Positions 17,772 through 27,355 of a stretch of 64,000 bases of DNA are shown here, in pieces. Numbering within the stretch: position 1 is the stretch's first letter; each line of letters begins with the position of its first letter. The notes beneath the pieces were generated by a model, which was not told where the DNA came from, made no database searches, and saw only the letters and a list, made by a program, of their open reading frames with translations. The stretch is from an uncultured Bacteroidota bacterium (GTDB lineage: Bacteria > Bacteroidota > Rhodothermia > Rhodothermales > Salinibacteraceae). The stretch spans positions 3,688 through 67,687 of the forward strand of contig CAJXLV010000012.1 of the NCBI GenBank assembly GCA_913056185.1. The letters run 5' to 3'. The position numbers and the translations under genes were made by a program.

Positions 17772-19628
17772 CTACCGGGCCCACACCGCCAGCCCTCCAC
17801 CAATCACAAACAGCGGGATGGAGAGCCAGAGCGGGCCGCCCTGCACCGCAGCAATTACGCCCCCGATGATGCAGGCCCCCGCCAGGACACTGCTCCGCAG
17901 CCCCGCAAGCGGATCGCTCGGCGGCTCGTCGGTCAGCGTCTCTTCAAACTGCGCGACCCCGGAGGTCAGCAGCTGCGGCAGCTCCAGCGCCACGTCCACC
18001 AACTCGGGGGCGTTGCTGAGCAGTTCGGACCCCAGCGTGAAGGGACTAAACCGCTCCCGAAAGATGCGCTGCACGTGCCGGCGCGATACGGCCACCACGT
18101 CGAGATCCGGGTCGAGCGTGCGCCCCACTCCCTCAAACGTCACCAGCGCCTTCACCATCAGCGTCATCTCCACAGGGAAGAAGATGCGGTATCGGGCGCC
18201 CAGGCTCAGCGACTGTAGAATGACCTGGGCGAGGCTGATGGATCCTTTTTTGCTCCGCATCAAGAAGTGCCGCGCCATGTCCGACACTGCGCGCCGGAAT
18301 CCCTGCGGGTCGCCCCCCTCGCCCACCCGCGCCATGTCCAGCAGATAGCGGGCCGCGCTCTCCACATCCCCGCGCACCAGGGCGTAGTAGTAGTACAGCA
18401 TGCGCCGCTTGATGTCGGCCCGGAAGCGCCCCACCATCCCCAGGTCGATAAACCCGATCTTCAGATCCTCGGGCCGCTCGCCCGGCAGAATCTTGAGGTT
18501 GCCCGCGTGCAGGTCGGCGTGGAAGAAGCCGTCCTTGTAGAGCATGCGAATGATGGCCGACGCCCCAAGATCGACCACTCGCTGCCGCTCGGCGTCGCTC
18601 AGGTCGAGCACCGCGCGGGAGTTGGGCCGGATGCCGCCGAGGTACTGCATCGTGAGCACGTCGCCGGTGCTCAGGTCGCGGTACACGTCGGGAAACACAA
18701 TGTCGGGCGCGTCCTGGAAGTTGGCCGCGAAGATTTCGGCGTGGTCGGCCTCGTAGTCGAAGTCAATTTCTCGCCGCGTGTAGGCGCTGAACTCTTCGAT
18801 GATCTGCTTCGGCTGGTAGCGCGGGAGCAGCCACTGCAGAAAGCCGCCAAAGAACTGAAGCAGTTTCAGATCGGAGGTCACGACGTCCCGGATGCCGGGC
18901 TTGATGACCTTGACCACCACGTCGTCGCCGTCGTGGGTGGTGGCGCGGTGCACCTGCGCGATGGAGGCGGCGCCGAGGGGATCGGGATCGATGGCCCGGA
19001 ACCGCCCGTCGACGGGCGCCCCCAGTTCTCGCTCGATAATGGCCTGCACCTGCTCGAACGGGATGGGCGGCAGGTGGTCCATGAGGCTGCCGAGCTCCTC
19101 CGTGATCGGCTCCGGCAGCAGGTCCTCCCGGATCGCCATAATCTGCCCCAGCTTGGTGAAGGTGGGGCCCAGGATTTCGAGGCGGCGCCGGAGCTGCGTC
19201 GGAAATGGGCGGTCGCGCAGGTCGCTCCGCACGAACGGCTGCAGGAGCGCGGCCAGGGTGCGCTTGCCCAGCGAGCGGAGGCCGCTCTTCTGCACCGCAG
19301 GCAGGGAGCGCACGTACGCAATGTGCCCGCCCATCAGCAGTCCGGCCACGTGCCGCCACACCGTAAAGAACCGCCGCACGGCGCCACGATACGGCGCCAG
19401 CGGATCGAAGTCGGTGAACGGCGAGGACTGCGTCGACGCGCCGGGGGCTCCGTCCTCCGGCGGGCCGTCGCCGGACGGAAAGGCGGAGGCCCGTGCGCCG
19501 GGAAGGGCCTCTGTGTCTTCAGGAGGCCGGTCCGGCGCACGTCCGTTGCCGCCCTGCTCCGCTGCCCACTCGCCCTCGCTCCCCTCTTCTGCACCGGACG
19601 GCGACGATGTAGACTCGGACGGAGCCAT
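17772..19628 (-). CDS. AarF/ABC1/UbiB family atypical kinase
   Basis: LGPTFTKLGQ, AASIAQVH, VVKV, FFHADLHAGN and IDLGMVG; two C-terminal TM helices. Confidence 0.9.
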   Translation of the reverse strand: MAPSESTSSPSGAEEGSEGEWAAEQGGNGRAPDRPPEDTEALPGARASAFPSGDGPPEDGAPGASTQSSPFTDFDPLAPYRGAVRRFFTVWRHVAGLLMGGHIAYVRSLPAVQKSGLRSLGKRTLAALLQPFVRSDLRDRPFPTQLRRRLEILGPTFTKLGQIMAIREDLLPEPITEELGSLMDHLPPIPFEQVQAIIERELGAPVDGRFRAIDPDPLGAASIAQVHRATTHDGDDVVVKVIKPGIRDVVTSDLKLLQFFGGFLQWLLPRYQPKQIIEEFSAYTRREIDFDYEADHAEIFAANFQDAPDIVFPDVYRDLSTGDVLTMQYLGGIRPNSRAVLDLSDAERQRVVDLGASAIIRMLYKDGFFHADLHAGNLKILPGERPEDLKIGFIDLGMVGRFRADIKRRMLYYYYALVRGDVESAARYLLDMARVGEGGDPQGFRRAVSDMARHFLMRSKKGSISLAQVILQSLSLGARYRIFFPVEMTLMVKALVTFEGVGRTLDPDLDVVAVSRRHVQRIFRERFSPFTLGSELLSNAPELVDVALELPQLLTSGVAQFEETLTDEPPSDPLAGLRSSVLAGACIIGGVIAAVQGGPLWLSIPLFVIGGGLAVWAR

Positions 19629-19995
19629 GCTGACAGTGCGACTCGGAGGAAAATGGCCGGGCGTGGAGGATGGACACACGCTGTTAGACTGTGTTCATAC
19701 CCAGGCAGTCGCGAATGGTTGTTGGCCGGGAGCACAAAGAGCCGCCCCCTGTCCGACGGCTTCTGTCTCGAAACACCACTGCTCCCCCAAAGGTGTGCAT
19801 CACTCGTCGAAGAATCCACCCGGCCCCACGCACGAACGGCACTGCCGCCCTGGCACTTCTCCCCCCGTGCCCCAATACGCTGTTCTATGGATGCACGATG
19901 GGACGCCGATGTCTCTCCCCCGCCTTCTCCCCCCGTGCTGTTCGCACGTTTGTGTGGGGCGCCCCTGCGCTTTGCCCAACCTTGCCTCCGCCTTC

Positions 19996-21492
19996 ATGCC
20001 GCCTTCCTTCCGGCTCGCGCTCGTCCTCGGCCTCGTTGTGCTCATCGGCGCTGCCCCTGCCCGCGGACAACCCGCCGACTCTGCCCTCACGGTCGGCTCC
20101 AAAAAGTTTACCGAGAACGTCATCCTGGGCTGGATGGGCACGCACCTGATGCGCAGCGCGGGCCGCTCGGCGACGCACCGCGAACAGCTGGGCGGCTCTC
20201 GGTTTCTGTGGGAGGCGCTCCGCCGGGGCGACATCGACGCGTACCCGGAGTACACCGGCACGCTGCGCCGCGAAATCCTCGCCGGCTCCAGCGTCGACCG
20301 TGACGCGCTGGCCGACACCCTGGCCCGCTACGGCCTCGCCATGACCGCCCCGCTCGGCTTCAACAACACCTACGCGCTTGGCATGCGCGCCGCTCAGGCC
20401 GACTCGCTGGGCATCGAGACGATTGGCGACCTGCGCGACCACCCGAACCTGCGGCTCGGCTTTTCGAACGAGTTCATGGACCGGGGCGACGGGTGGCCCT
20501 CCCTGAAGACGGCCTACGCCCTGCCGCAGTCGGCCCGCGGGATCGACCACGACATTGCCTACCGCGGCCTCGCAAACGGCGAGATCGACGTGATCGATCT
20601 CTACTCCACCGACGCAAAGATCGAGCGCTACGACCTGCGCGTCCTCCGCGATACCCGCAATCACTTTCCCAGCTACCGCGCGGTGGTTCTCTATCGTCGC
20701 GACCTGCGGACACGCGCCCCCGCCGCGGTAACGGCCCTGAAGCGCCTGGAAGACCAGCTCCCCGCCGACACGATGCAGGCCCTCAACGCCCGCTCCCAGA
20801 TCGAGCAGCGGGACGAGGCCCGGGTCGCGGCGGCGTTCGTGAACCGCACCTTCGACCTCGACGCCACGGCGGACGTGGACACGCGGGCCGACCGCCTCCG
20901 CCGCTACACGGCCGATCATCTGCTTCTCGTCGGGATCTCGCTCGGGCTGGCCGTTTTTTTCGGGATTCCGCTCGGCATCGTGGCAGCCAAGCGCCGCTGG
21001 CTGGGCCCCGGCATTCTGGCGGTGGTCGGCGTCATCTACACCATTCCGGCGCTCGCCCTGCTGGCGATGATGGTGCCCCCGCTCGGCCTGGGCCGCGTGC
21101 CGGCCATTGCGGCCCTTGCGCTCTACAGCCTGCTGCCCATCGTGTGGACCACGTACACGGGGCTGAAGGACATCTCGTCCTCCCTCCGGGAGTCGGCCGA
21201 GGCGCTGGGGCTCTCCGCGGGGGCCAAGCTGTGGCGCGTGGAACTACCGCTGGCGGCTCGGTCGATTCTGGCGGGCATCAAGATCGCCGTCATCATCAAC
21301 ATCGGTGCGGCCACGCTCGGGGCCCTCATCGGGGCGGGCGGCTACGGGCAGCCCATCCTTACCGGCATCCGGCGGGCCAACCTGGGGCTCATTCTGGAGG
21401 GCACGGTGCCCGCCGCCGTGCTCACGCTCCTCGTGCTGGCGCTAATGGAAGGGCTGGAGCGCGCCCTCCTTCCCCGGTCGATGCGGTCGTGA
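19996..21492 (+). CDS. Osmoprotectant (glycine betaine-type) ABC substrate-binding/permease fusion
   Basis: Signal peptide, VGSKKFTE, YPEYTGT, FNNTYALGM, and a C-terminal permease with VELPLA...IGAGGYG. Confidence 0.9.
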   Translation: MPPSFRLALVLGLVVLIGAAPARGQPADSALTVGSKKFTENVILGWMGTHLMRSAGRSATHREQLGGSRFLWEALRRGDIDAYPEYTGTLRREILAGSSVDRDALADTLARYGLAMTAPLGFNNTYALGMRAAQADSLGIETIGDLRDHPNLRLGFSNEFMDRGDGWPSLKTAYALPQSARGIDHDIAYRGLANGEIDVIDLYSTDAKIERYDLRVLRDTRNHFPSYRAVVLYRRDLRTRAPAAVTALKRLEDQLPADTMQALNARSQIEQRDEARVAAAFVNRTFDLDATADVDTRADRLRRYTADHLLLVGISLGLAVFFGIPLGIVAAKRRWLGPGILAVVGVIYTIPALALLAMMVPPLGLGRVPAIAALALYSLLPIVWTTYTGLKDISSSLRESAEALGLSAGAKLWRVELPLAARSILAGIKIAVIINIGAATLGALIGAGGYGQPILTGIRRANLGLILEGTVPAAVLTLLVLALMEGLERALLPRSMRS

Positions 21493-21517
21493 CGGGCCAT
21501 CGGGCAACAGGAACCGG

Positions 21518-21940
21518 CTATCCTGGCCGCCGAGGAGTCACCCCCTCGACCCGGTCAAAGTCCTGATCGAACGTGTACGCCTCTTCGAGGCCGTGGTGCT
21601 CCATCCACGCCGCGCTGTAACAGTCGGCAAAGTCGATGTTTTTCTCTTCGTACCACACAATGGCTTGGAGCAGGATCTCCTGGTCCTCAACGGTCAATCC
21701 TGGAAGCCCCAGAATGGCCACGACTTTCGCCCGGATGGAGGGCCGATCCAGCTCGTAGACCGATTCGAGGACCCAGACAATTTCTGCGATGGTGAGAACG
21801 GTCGTTACGAGGCGCTCCTCTCCTCGCTCCGCACGCTCCAGGAGATTGCGCGCGTTGGAGGCCTGCTCGGGGACATCTCCCGTCAGATGGCGAAGGAAGA
21901 CGTTTGCGCCGACAAGTGCAGGCTCGGAGTCATCGGACAT
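21518..21940 (-). CDS. vapC: PIN-domain (VapC-like) toxin; first catalytic Asp replaced by Gly
   Basis: LVGANVFLR (canonical VDxN), IAEIVW, DFADC and TFDQDF; overlaps the upstream antitoxin. Confidence 0.82.
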   Translation of the reverse strand: MSDDSEPALVGANVFLRHLTGDVPEQASNARNLLERAERGEERLVTTVLTIAEIVWVLESVYELDRPSIRAKVVAILGLPGLTVEDQEILLQAIVWYEEKNIDFADCYSAAWMEHHGLEEAYTFDQDFDRVEGVTPRRPG

Positions 21941-22154
21941 CGGACTCAGCGGGCTCGGAGGGCATCAAAATCTTGCGCCCCCCTACCTCAATCGACCCGT
22001 AGTGATCGGAGAGCGACTCGTTGAGTGGAAGCAACGAAATCGCACCACCTCGCTTCACGAAGGCCACCCGCTGCCCCTCCTCAATGTCCAGAGCCTCCCG
22101 AATTTCCTTCGGCAACATCAGTTGTCCCCGTCGCCCGACTTTTGCCGTATTCAT
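21930..22154 (-). CDS. vapB: AbrB/MazE/SpoVT-type antitoxin (VapB-like); C-terminus possibly frameshifted
   Basis: AKVGRRGQLMLPKEIREALDIEEGQRVAF; G6 run at 21978-21983. Confidence 0.8.
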   Translation of the reverse strand: MNTAKVGRRGQLMLPKEIREALDIEEGQRVAFVKRGGAISLLPLNESLSDHYGSIEVGGRKILMPSEPAESDVR

Positions 22155-22190
22155 GTCGGATCGGTTTTTGTCAGCCAGAATCGAATGTGA

Positions 22191-22244
22191 CTGTCAATTG
22201 GACAGATTGAGGACGGGAGCGGTTCTTTTCCAGAATTTTGGAAA
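22191..22244. promoter_or_regulatory. Two palindromes upstream of the TA pair (candidate autoregulatory operators)
   Basis: CTGTC-AATTG-GACAG (22191-22205, contains TTGACA on the - strand) and TTTCCA-N6-TGGAAA (22227-22244) in an AT-rich spacer. Confidence 0.35.
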
Positions 22245-22280
22245 TGAGTCCAAGCCACTGCTATCGTTACAGCGAGACGC

Positions 22281-22679
22281 TCAACGCACCTCAAAGTAGC
22301 GGTCGTGGTGGCGGGCGCAGCCGGGGTTGAACGCCGCCCCGCACGACAGACACGTGTCGTCGCCGTCCAGGTACTGCCGGATGGTGAGGACTGCCTGACA
22401 CATCCCGCACACGACCGCTGGTGTATGAAACCGATCCGCGGGCCATCGCTGCGCCTCGTGGTCCGTCGTTTCTTTGTGGCATGCGAAGCAGGGGTAGAAC
22501 GCGTCGCAGCACGGGAAGCGGATCGCGATGACGTCCCGCGGGCCGTGGTAGTGCGCACAGCGGGTCTCCGGCCCCACGTCGATGCCGCGGACGGGCACGT
22601 CGAATCGAGGGTCCGAATCCGGCGCACGGGTGGTGTGCCGCGGGGCCCATCGGTTGAGCTGGGCGTCGTCGTTCATCAT
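22281..22679 (-). CDS. CHY zinc-finger protein
   Basis: RCAHYH, FPCC..FYPCFACH, CGMC, CLSC and FNPGC..H. Confidence 0.88.
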   Translation of the reverse strand: MMNDDAQLNRWAPRHTTRAPDSDPRFDVPVRGIDVGPETRCAHYHGPRDVIAIRFPCCDAFYPCFACHKETTDHEAQRWPADRFHTPAVVCGMCQAVLTIRQYLDGDDTCLSCGAAFNPGCARHHDRYFEVR

Positions 22680-22694
22680 CGGAGCGCAGAAGAA

Positions 22695-24203
22695 TTATTC
22701 GTCGCGAAAGCCGGACGCCATGGCGTGGCGCTGCCGGCAAAGCAGGCGCCCGATCTCTCGGGTCCAGACAGGGCTCAGTGCAACGCCGAGTGCCCCCAGT
22801 GCCAAAACGGTTACCAGCGCCACTGACCGCCCAAGCCCGACCCAAAGCCCGACAGGCAGAGTCATCGCCACCAGCATCCCTACAAACCCGCCGGCAAACG
22901 TGGTCGTGGTGTTGCCCTGATAGTTGAAGAACGCGCTCTGGTCGAGCGCGACGGCCTCTCGCCCCCATACGCCCAACCCGAGAAAAAAGGACGGCACCAC
23001 ACCCAGGTTGTAGATCAACAGTGCCCCCATCGGCACAATCATCGACGGGCGAAGCCCCCCCGCTACCGGCAATACCACCGCAGTGCCCGCTACACTGAGC
23101 ACGCAGAACGTTGCGTACTGCGACCGCACGAGCGTCCGGGGGCGCACTGCCCGTGCCAGAAGTCCATCGAAGTGCGCGCCGTGCCAGGCGTAGACAAAGC
23201 CTACGTACTGGAATCCCAAAAACCCCGTCAGCACGATGCTGAACGTGACTGTGATGAACGCATCGAGCACAGGTGGCGGTGCCTCCCCACCGGTTGTTGT
23301 GACAACCTGAAACAAGAACACAGCCTCCAGCAGCAGCGCGCCCAGTAGCATCTGCCGCGGCCGCTTGTTGCGAAGGATGAGCCTCAGGTCCAGCAGTGCC
23401 AGCGACACCACGCACCCCCATCCGCGGCCCGCCCCTCGGAAGATCCCTGTAGACTGCGTGCGAGAGGGCTCCGTGTTCCCCAACACGCTGTAAAGCCGAC
23501 CCCGAAGCGTCCGGTGGGCCGCTACGGCCAGGGCAGCCGTTCCGGCGAAAAGCAGGGTCATCGGAAGGATCCGCCCCGCTGCCAGCCCTCCAAAGAGCCC
23601 CGCCGACGCGGATTGGAGCAGTTGTCCTCCCGTCCAGGAGCCCCCCGCCACGACGACCGCGAGAAGGCCAGCCGCACCGAGCACGCGTCTGGCGTGTCGG
23701 TCCCACACGGCCCGGAGGAGGCCGTTCAGGAACTGCGTGGTCGCCACCAGCAGGAGCGCTCCGATGGCCCAAAAGGCCGCCCCCACCGCCGAGGTTGCAG
23801 GACGCACCGTGCTTCCCCAGAGCGACGCGAGGACGACGACCGGCAGCAGGTTCAGCAGGCTCAGAGACGAGAGGCCCTGCAGGATGCGAACGACCTGTGG
23901 TCGCCGAAGGGGCAGATGCAGATACGGCCGCACGTCGCTCCCGGCGGAGCGCTGCAGGAAGAAGCGCATCGGGACGAGCCCCACCGCGCCGTACAGAAGA
24001 AACTCATTGAGCAACCGCAGCGGATCTTGCCCCGGTGCCACCTCCGCCACAATCTCCGGGAAAAACCAGCCGACCGCTACAAAGAGGGACCCAAAGTACG
24101 CGGCCGCCAGCAGGAGGAGCAGCCCCCCAATCAGGCTGCGCCCGAAGGTCGGCGAGCGAGTCCGTTGATGCCACTGGTGGCGGAGGACGTCAAGAAGCGT
24201 CAT
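22695..24203 (-). CDS. DUF5687-like polytopic membrane protein (ABC permease-like), paralogue 1
   Basis: About 12 TM segments, LILRNKRPRQ, FDGLLARAV and C-terminal RHAMASGFR. Confidence 0.8.
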   Translation of the reverse strand: MTLLDVLRHQWHQRTRSPTFGRSLIGGLLLLLAAAYFGSLFVAVGWFFPEIVAEVAPGQDPLRLLNEFLLYGAVGLVPMRFFLQRSAGSDVRPYLHLPLRRPQVVRILQGLSSLSLLNLLPVVVLASLWGSTVRPATSAVGAAFWAIGALLLVATTQFLNGLLRAVWDRHARRVLGAAGLLAVVVAGGSWTGGQLLQSASAGLFGGLAAGRILPMTLLFAGTAALAVAAHRTLRGRLYSVLGNTEPSRTQSTGIFRGAGRGWGCVVSLALLDLRLILRNKRPRQMLLGALLLEAVFLFQVVTTTGGEAPPPVLDAFITVTFSIVLTGFLGFQYVGFVYAWHGAHFDGLLARAVRPRTLVRSQYATFCVLSVAGTAVVLPVAGGLRPSMIVPMGALLIYNLGVVPSFFLGLGVWGREAVALDQSAFFNYQGNTTTTFAGGFVGMLVAMTLPVGLWVGLGRSVALVTVLALGALGVALSPVWTREIGRLLCRQRHAMASGFRDE

Positions 24204-24262
24204 GATGAATCAGCTCCATAGCGGGACGCGTCGGCAGGGACCTCTTCGTTTCTGTTCTCGTC

Positions 24263-25774
24263 TCAGATCGGCTCGTTCTCGCGGAAGCCTTCCAGCATCG
24301 CGTGCCGGTGGCGCTTCAACTCACGAGCGAAGGGCTGCAGGGTCCAGGCCACCACACCGAGCCCAGCGAGTCCGGCGCCGCCCAGTACCGCCGCGACGAG
24401 CAGCCAGCCGCCCGTCGCGTACGCCGCAATCGTTCCCACCAACAAGCCGAAGGGGATCGGAAGCAATATCAGCCCTCTTGAAGATTCAGTCATGGCCATC
24501 GAAGCGCTTGACGCAGACGTGTCGACCGGCATCCGGAAGCGAGGCCCGACGTATGCGATGGCGGGGGTGCCCACGCCCCACCAGTACAGGGTACAGCCCA
24601 GAAGAAACATCGCGTAGTCGGGCCGAATCCAGGGCGCCAGCGCAGGCAGGAGCAGGCTTCCGGGAAGCAGTCCCGTCCAGAGCAGAGCCAGCTTGGACGT
24701 CACGACCTTCGAGAACGAATGTGGACGGGTGAACAGGCCATCGACGTGCCCCGCCGAGATCCCGTAGATTGCACTTCCGACGGTAAAGGATGGCCACCCA
24801 ATTCCAAAAAACGCGATGTACAGGATCCCATTGAAGCCGATCGCGCCTTTCAGCACGAGTTCGGAAACCCCAATTCCGTAGAACAGCACCGCGCAGATGA
24901 TCCCCATCAGGGCGATTCCCCGCATCCTTCGCGTCCGGAGCATCTGTCGTAGCTCCAGCGCCACGAGGCGCCCCGCCGGCAGCGTCCGTTCGGCCCAGCG
25001 GCAGAGCGCCTGCTCCCACCACGAGGGCCCGTCCCGCCGACGCATCGTCCGCCGGTCCACCTCCAGTCGTGTCTGCATGGCACAGAGGAGTCCGGCATGC
25101 AGCCCAGTCGATAGGAAGGCAGTGCACGCGAGCCCCACCAGCGGCCGGCTAAAGATGACCCGAGACGCGGCCCGGAACAGATCGGGGCCCAGGGTAGCGT
25201 CCACCGAGAAGAGCCCAACGACCAGTGCGATCACACCCGCGAGGCCCCGTGGCCGCCATCCCAGTAGCAGATGAAGAAGGATGGCCCCGTGGCTCGCGAG
25301 CACGACCGTCAGCAGCAGCGCCGTGGCGAGCCACGCGCCCGCCGCGCCCGGCGACCACGCCGTCACGACCTCTGCCGCCCACACGGGGACCACCAGCACG
25401 ACGGCAAACACCGTGTGCACCGACAGGAGCGACAGGAGCGCCTGCCCATTGAGCAGGCCCCTCCGCGACACCGGAAGGACCGTGTAGGACGCCACCTGCT
25501 CCGACGGGGGCGACTGCAGAAGGAAACGGCTCGCCATCAGAGCAGGCATCAGGTAGAGCATTCCCCCGTTGATGAGCGCCTGCGCATCGGCCTCCGGGAA
25601 GAGCTCCCGCAGCACGTCGCCCAGCACATAGCTTCCGAGCCCCAGCGGCGCCAGCAGGAACAGCAGGAGGCCGAGCAGGACAATTTGCCCCGCCACCGTA
25701 CCAGTGCCCCACGTCGGGTCGCGCAGCCAGCGCGTCACGCGGTGCCGGAATAGAATGCGGAACGTGCGCATCAC
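24263..25774 (-). CDS. DUF5687-like polytopic membrane protein, paralogue 2
   Basis: QMLRTRRMR, VDGLFTRP and C-terminal RHAMLEGFR. Confidence 0.78.
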   Translation of the reverse strand: MMRTFRILFRHRVTRWLRDPTWGTGTVAGQIVLLGLLLFLLAPLGLGSYVLGDVLRELFPEADAQALINGGMLYLMPALMASRFLLQSPPSEQVASYTVLPVSRRGLLNGQALLSLLSVHTVFAVVLVVPVWAAEVVTAWSPGAAGAWLATALLLTVVLASHGAILLHLLLGWRPRGLAGVIALVVGLFSVDATLGPDLFRAASRVIFSRPLVGLACTAFLSTGLHAGLLCAMQTRLEVDRRTMRRRDGPSWWEQALCRWAERTLPAGRLVALELRQMLRTRRMRGIALMGIICAVLFYGIGVSELVLKGAIGFNGILYIAFFGIGWPSFTVGSAIYGISAGHVDGLFTRPHSFSKVVTSKLALLWTGLLPGSLLLPALAPWIRPDYAMFLLGCTLYWWGVGTPAIAYVGPRFRMPVDTSASSASMAMTESSRGLILLPIPFGLLVGTIAAYATGGWLLVAAVLGGAGLAGLGVVAWTLQPFARELKRHRHAMLEGFRENEPI

Positions 25775-25834
25775 GGTCGGAAAGATCGCTGAAGTCAGGG
25801 AAAGGTTGTTTCTCTGGCGCCCTTTTCCACCTCT

Positions 25835-27325
25835 TTACCAGTGCCACTCGTTCGGGGATAGCCACTTGCCCCGAAACCCCCGGAGCATCGCGTGGCGGCG
25901 ATGCCGAAGGGCTGCCTCCAGACGGGGCAGCCAGAGCGGGATGGTGCCGAGCCCCAGGCCCCCGAGGGTAGCCACACCTGAGAGCAAAACCGGAATCCCC
26001 CCGAGACTTCCCAGCAGGGCAGGCGGCACGCCAAGCAGCGCCATGAGGACGACGCCTCGCAACGAGCCGCCCGAGACCGTGAATCGACTCTGCTCCGGGT
26101 TCACCCAGGTCCGATTCCCGACAATGCCAGCCCACACGACCGCAGGAACGCTAACCCCGGCGTGATAAAGTGCAAAGGCGGCCATCGGCACTGCAAAAAA
26201 TGGATCCGCCCACGCCACTACTGGCATGGCGAGAACGGGCGGCCCCACGGCGAGCCCCATTAGCACGATGAGCGTCGCCCGGACGAGCCGTCCCGGAGAC
26301 GCGCGCGCCAGCAAGCCGTCGAGGTGCTTCCCATGCCAGGCAAAAGCAAACTGGCCGTACGTGCCCGGTAGTAGCAGGCCGAGCATGAACGGGGCCATCC
26401 CGACCGAGAAGACGGAAAGAGAGTCCCCCGCGACCGAATAGACAAAGAATACAAGCGCGCCCGCTCCAACGAGAAGCTGCTCGCGGGGCCCACGATTCCG
26501 AAAAATAAGGGCCCCTTCCAAGAGAATAAGCGACCAGAGCCCTCCTCGCCGCCCGACATCCAGCGACACGTACTGGCGCCGTTTCCCTTGGCCCGCTCCC
26601 TCTGCTTCTCTGTACATATATCGGCGCAGAGCCGTCGTGGAGGCGGCACCCAGGGCGACAGCCCCGACGGCGAGCAGCAGGAGCGGCCCCAGGTGTCCCC
26701 GCTGCGCTCCGGCAAAAAGCCATACCGACACGTCACGAACCACCGTTTTCCCGAGGAGATCGCCCCCGATCAGACCGAGGACAACGGCGCTCAGGCCGAG
26801 AAAAACAGGCCACCGCCGACGAAGCCACGCCACGCGGAGCCACACGTAGGCACAGTGGGTGCTCCCCACTGCCAAAAGCGCACCGGCGGTCCAGAAGACG
26901 GCTCCGAGCGGAAAGGTGCCCGGAACGACCGTGCGCGCAACGAGCGCCGCGAGGCCGAGAACTGGGAGCAGGGCTGGAAGACTGGCCGCCGACGTAATCT
27001 GTATGGCCCGCGCCAGCGTCGTCCGGCGCACAGGGAGGCAGAGCAGCGCGCGCCACGCCTCAGCGTCGAACCGCTGCAGGAAGAACCGAGCAACAACAAG
27101 TACGGCCGCCCCGCTCAGCAGGTGTTCATTGAGCAGGCGAAGCGGATCTCGGGCCGGCGCCACCTCCGCCACGACATCCGGAAAGAACCACCCGAGGGCG
27201 ACGAACCCCCCGCCGAAGTACACCGCGGCCAAGGCGACGAGGACTGTCGTCAAGAGGCCCTTGCCGAAAGACCTTGAGCGCCGCCAGCCCGCCCACCGGT
27301 GGCGCAGCACATCGAAAATCGTCAT
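25835..27325 (-). CDS. DUF5687-like polytopic membrane protein, paralogue 3
   Basis: LIFRNRGPRE, LDGLLARA and C-terminal RHAMLRGFR. The N-terminus closely matches paralogue 1 (FFP.VVAEVAP..DPLRLLNE). Confidence 0.8.
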   Translation of the reverse strand: MTIFDVLRHRWAGWRRSRSFGKGLLTTVLVALAAVYFGGGFVALGWFFPDVVAEVAPARDPLRLLNEHLLSGAAVLVVARFFLQRFDAEAWRALLCLPVRRTTLARAIQITSAASLPALLPVLGLAALVARTVVPGTFPLGAVFWTAGALLAVGSTHCAYVWLRVAWLRRRWPVFLGLSAVVLGLIGGDLLGKTVVRDVSVWLFAGAQRGHLGPLLLLAVGAVALGAASTTALRRYMYREAEGAGQGKRRQYVSLDVGRRGGLWSLILLEGALIFRNRGPREQLLVGAGALVFFVYSVAGDSLSVFSVGMAPFMLGLLLPGTYGQFAFAWHGKHLDGLLARASPGRLVRATLIVLMGLAVGPPVLAMPVVAWADPFFAVPMAAFALYHAGVSVPAVVWAGIVGNRTWVNPEQSRFTVSGGSLRGVVLMALLGVPPALLGSLGGIPVLLSGVATLGGLGLGTIPLWLPRLEAALRHRRHAMLRGFRGKWLSPNEWHW

Positions 27326-27355
27326 GACACGTGAATCTACGCTGCTGCAACTGTA

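Noticed and set aside
22191-22205. CTGT..ACAG as a LexA box (also CTGT/ACAG dyads near 31924-31964)
   Set aside because: The spacer is 7 nt (1 and 3 nt at the other sites), not the 8 nt of the enterobacterial SOS box, and the lineage is not expected to use that motif.
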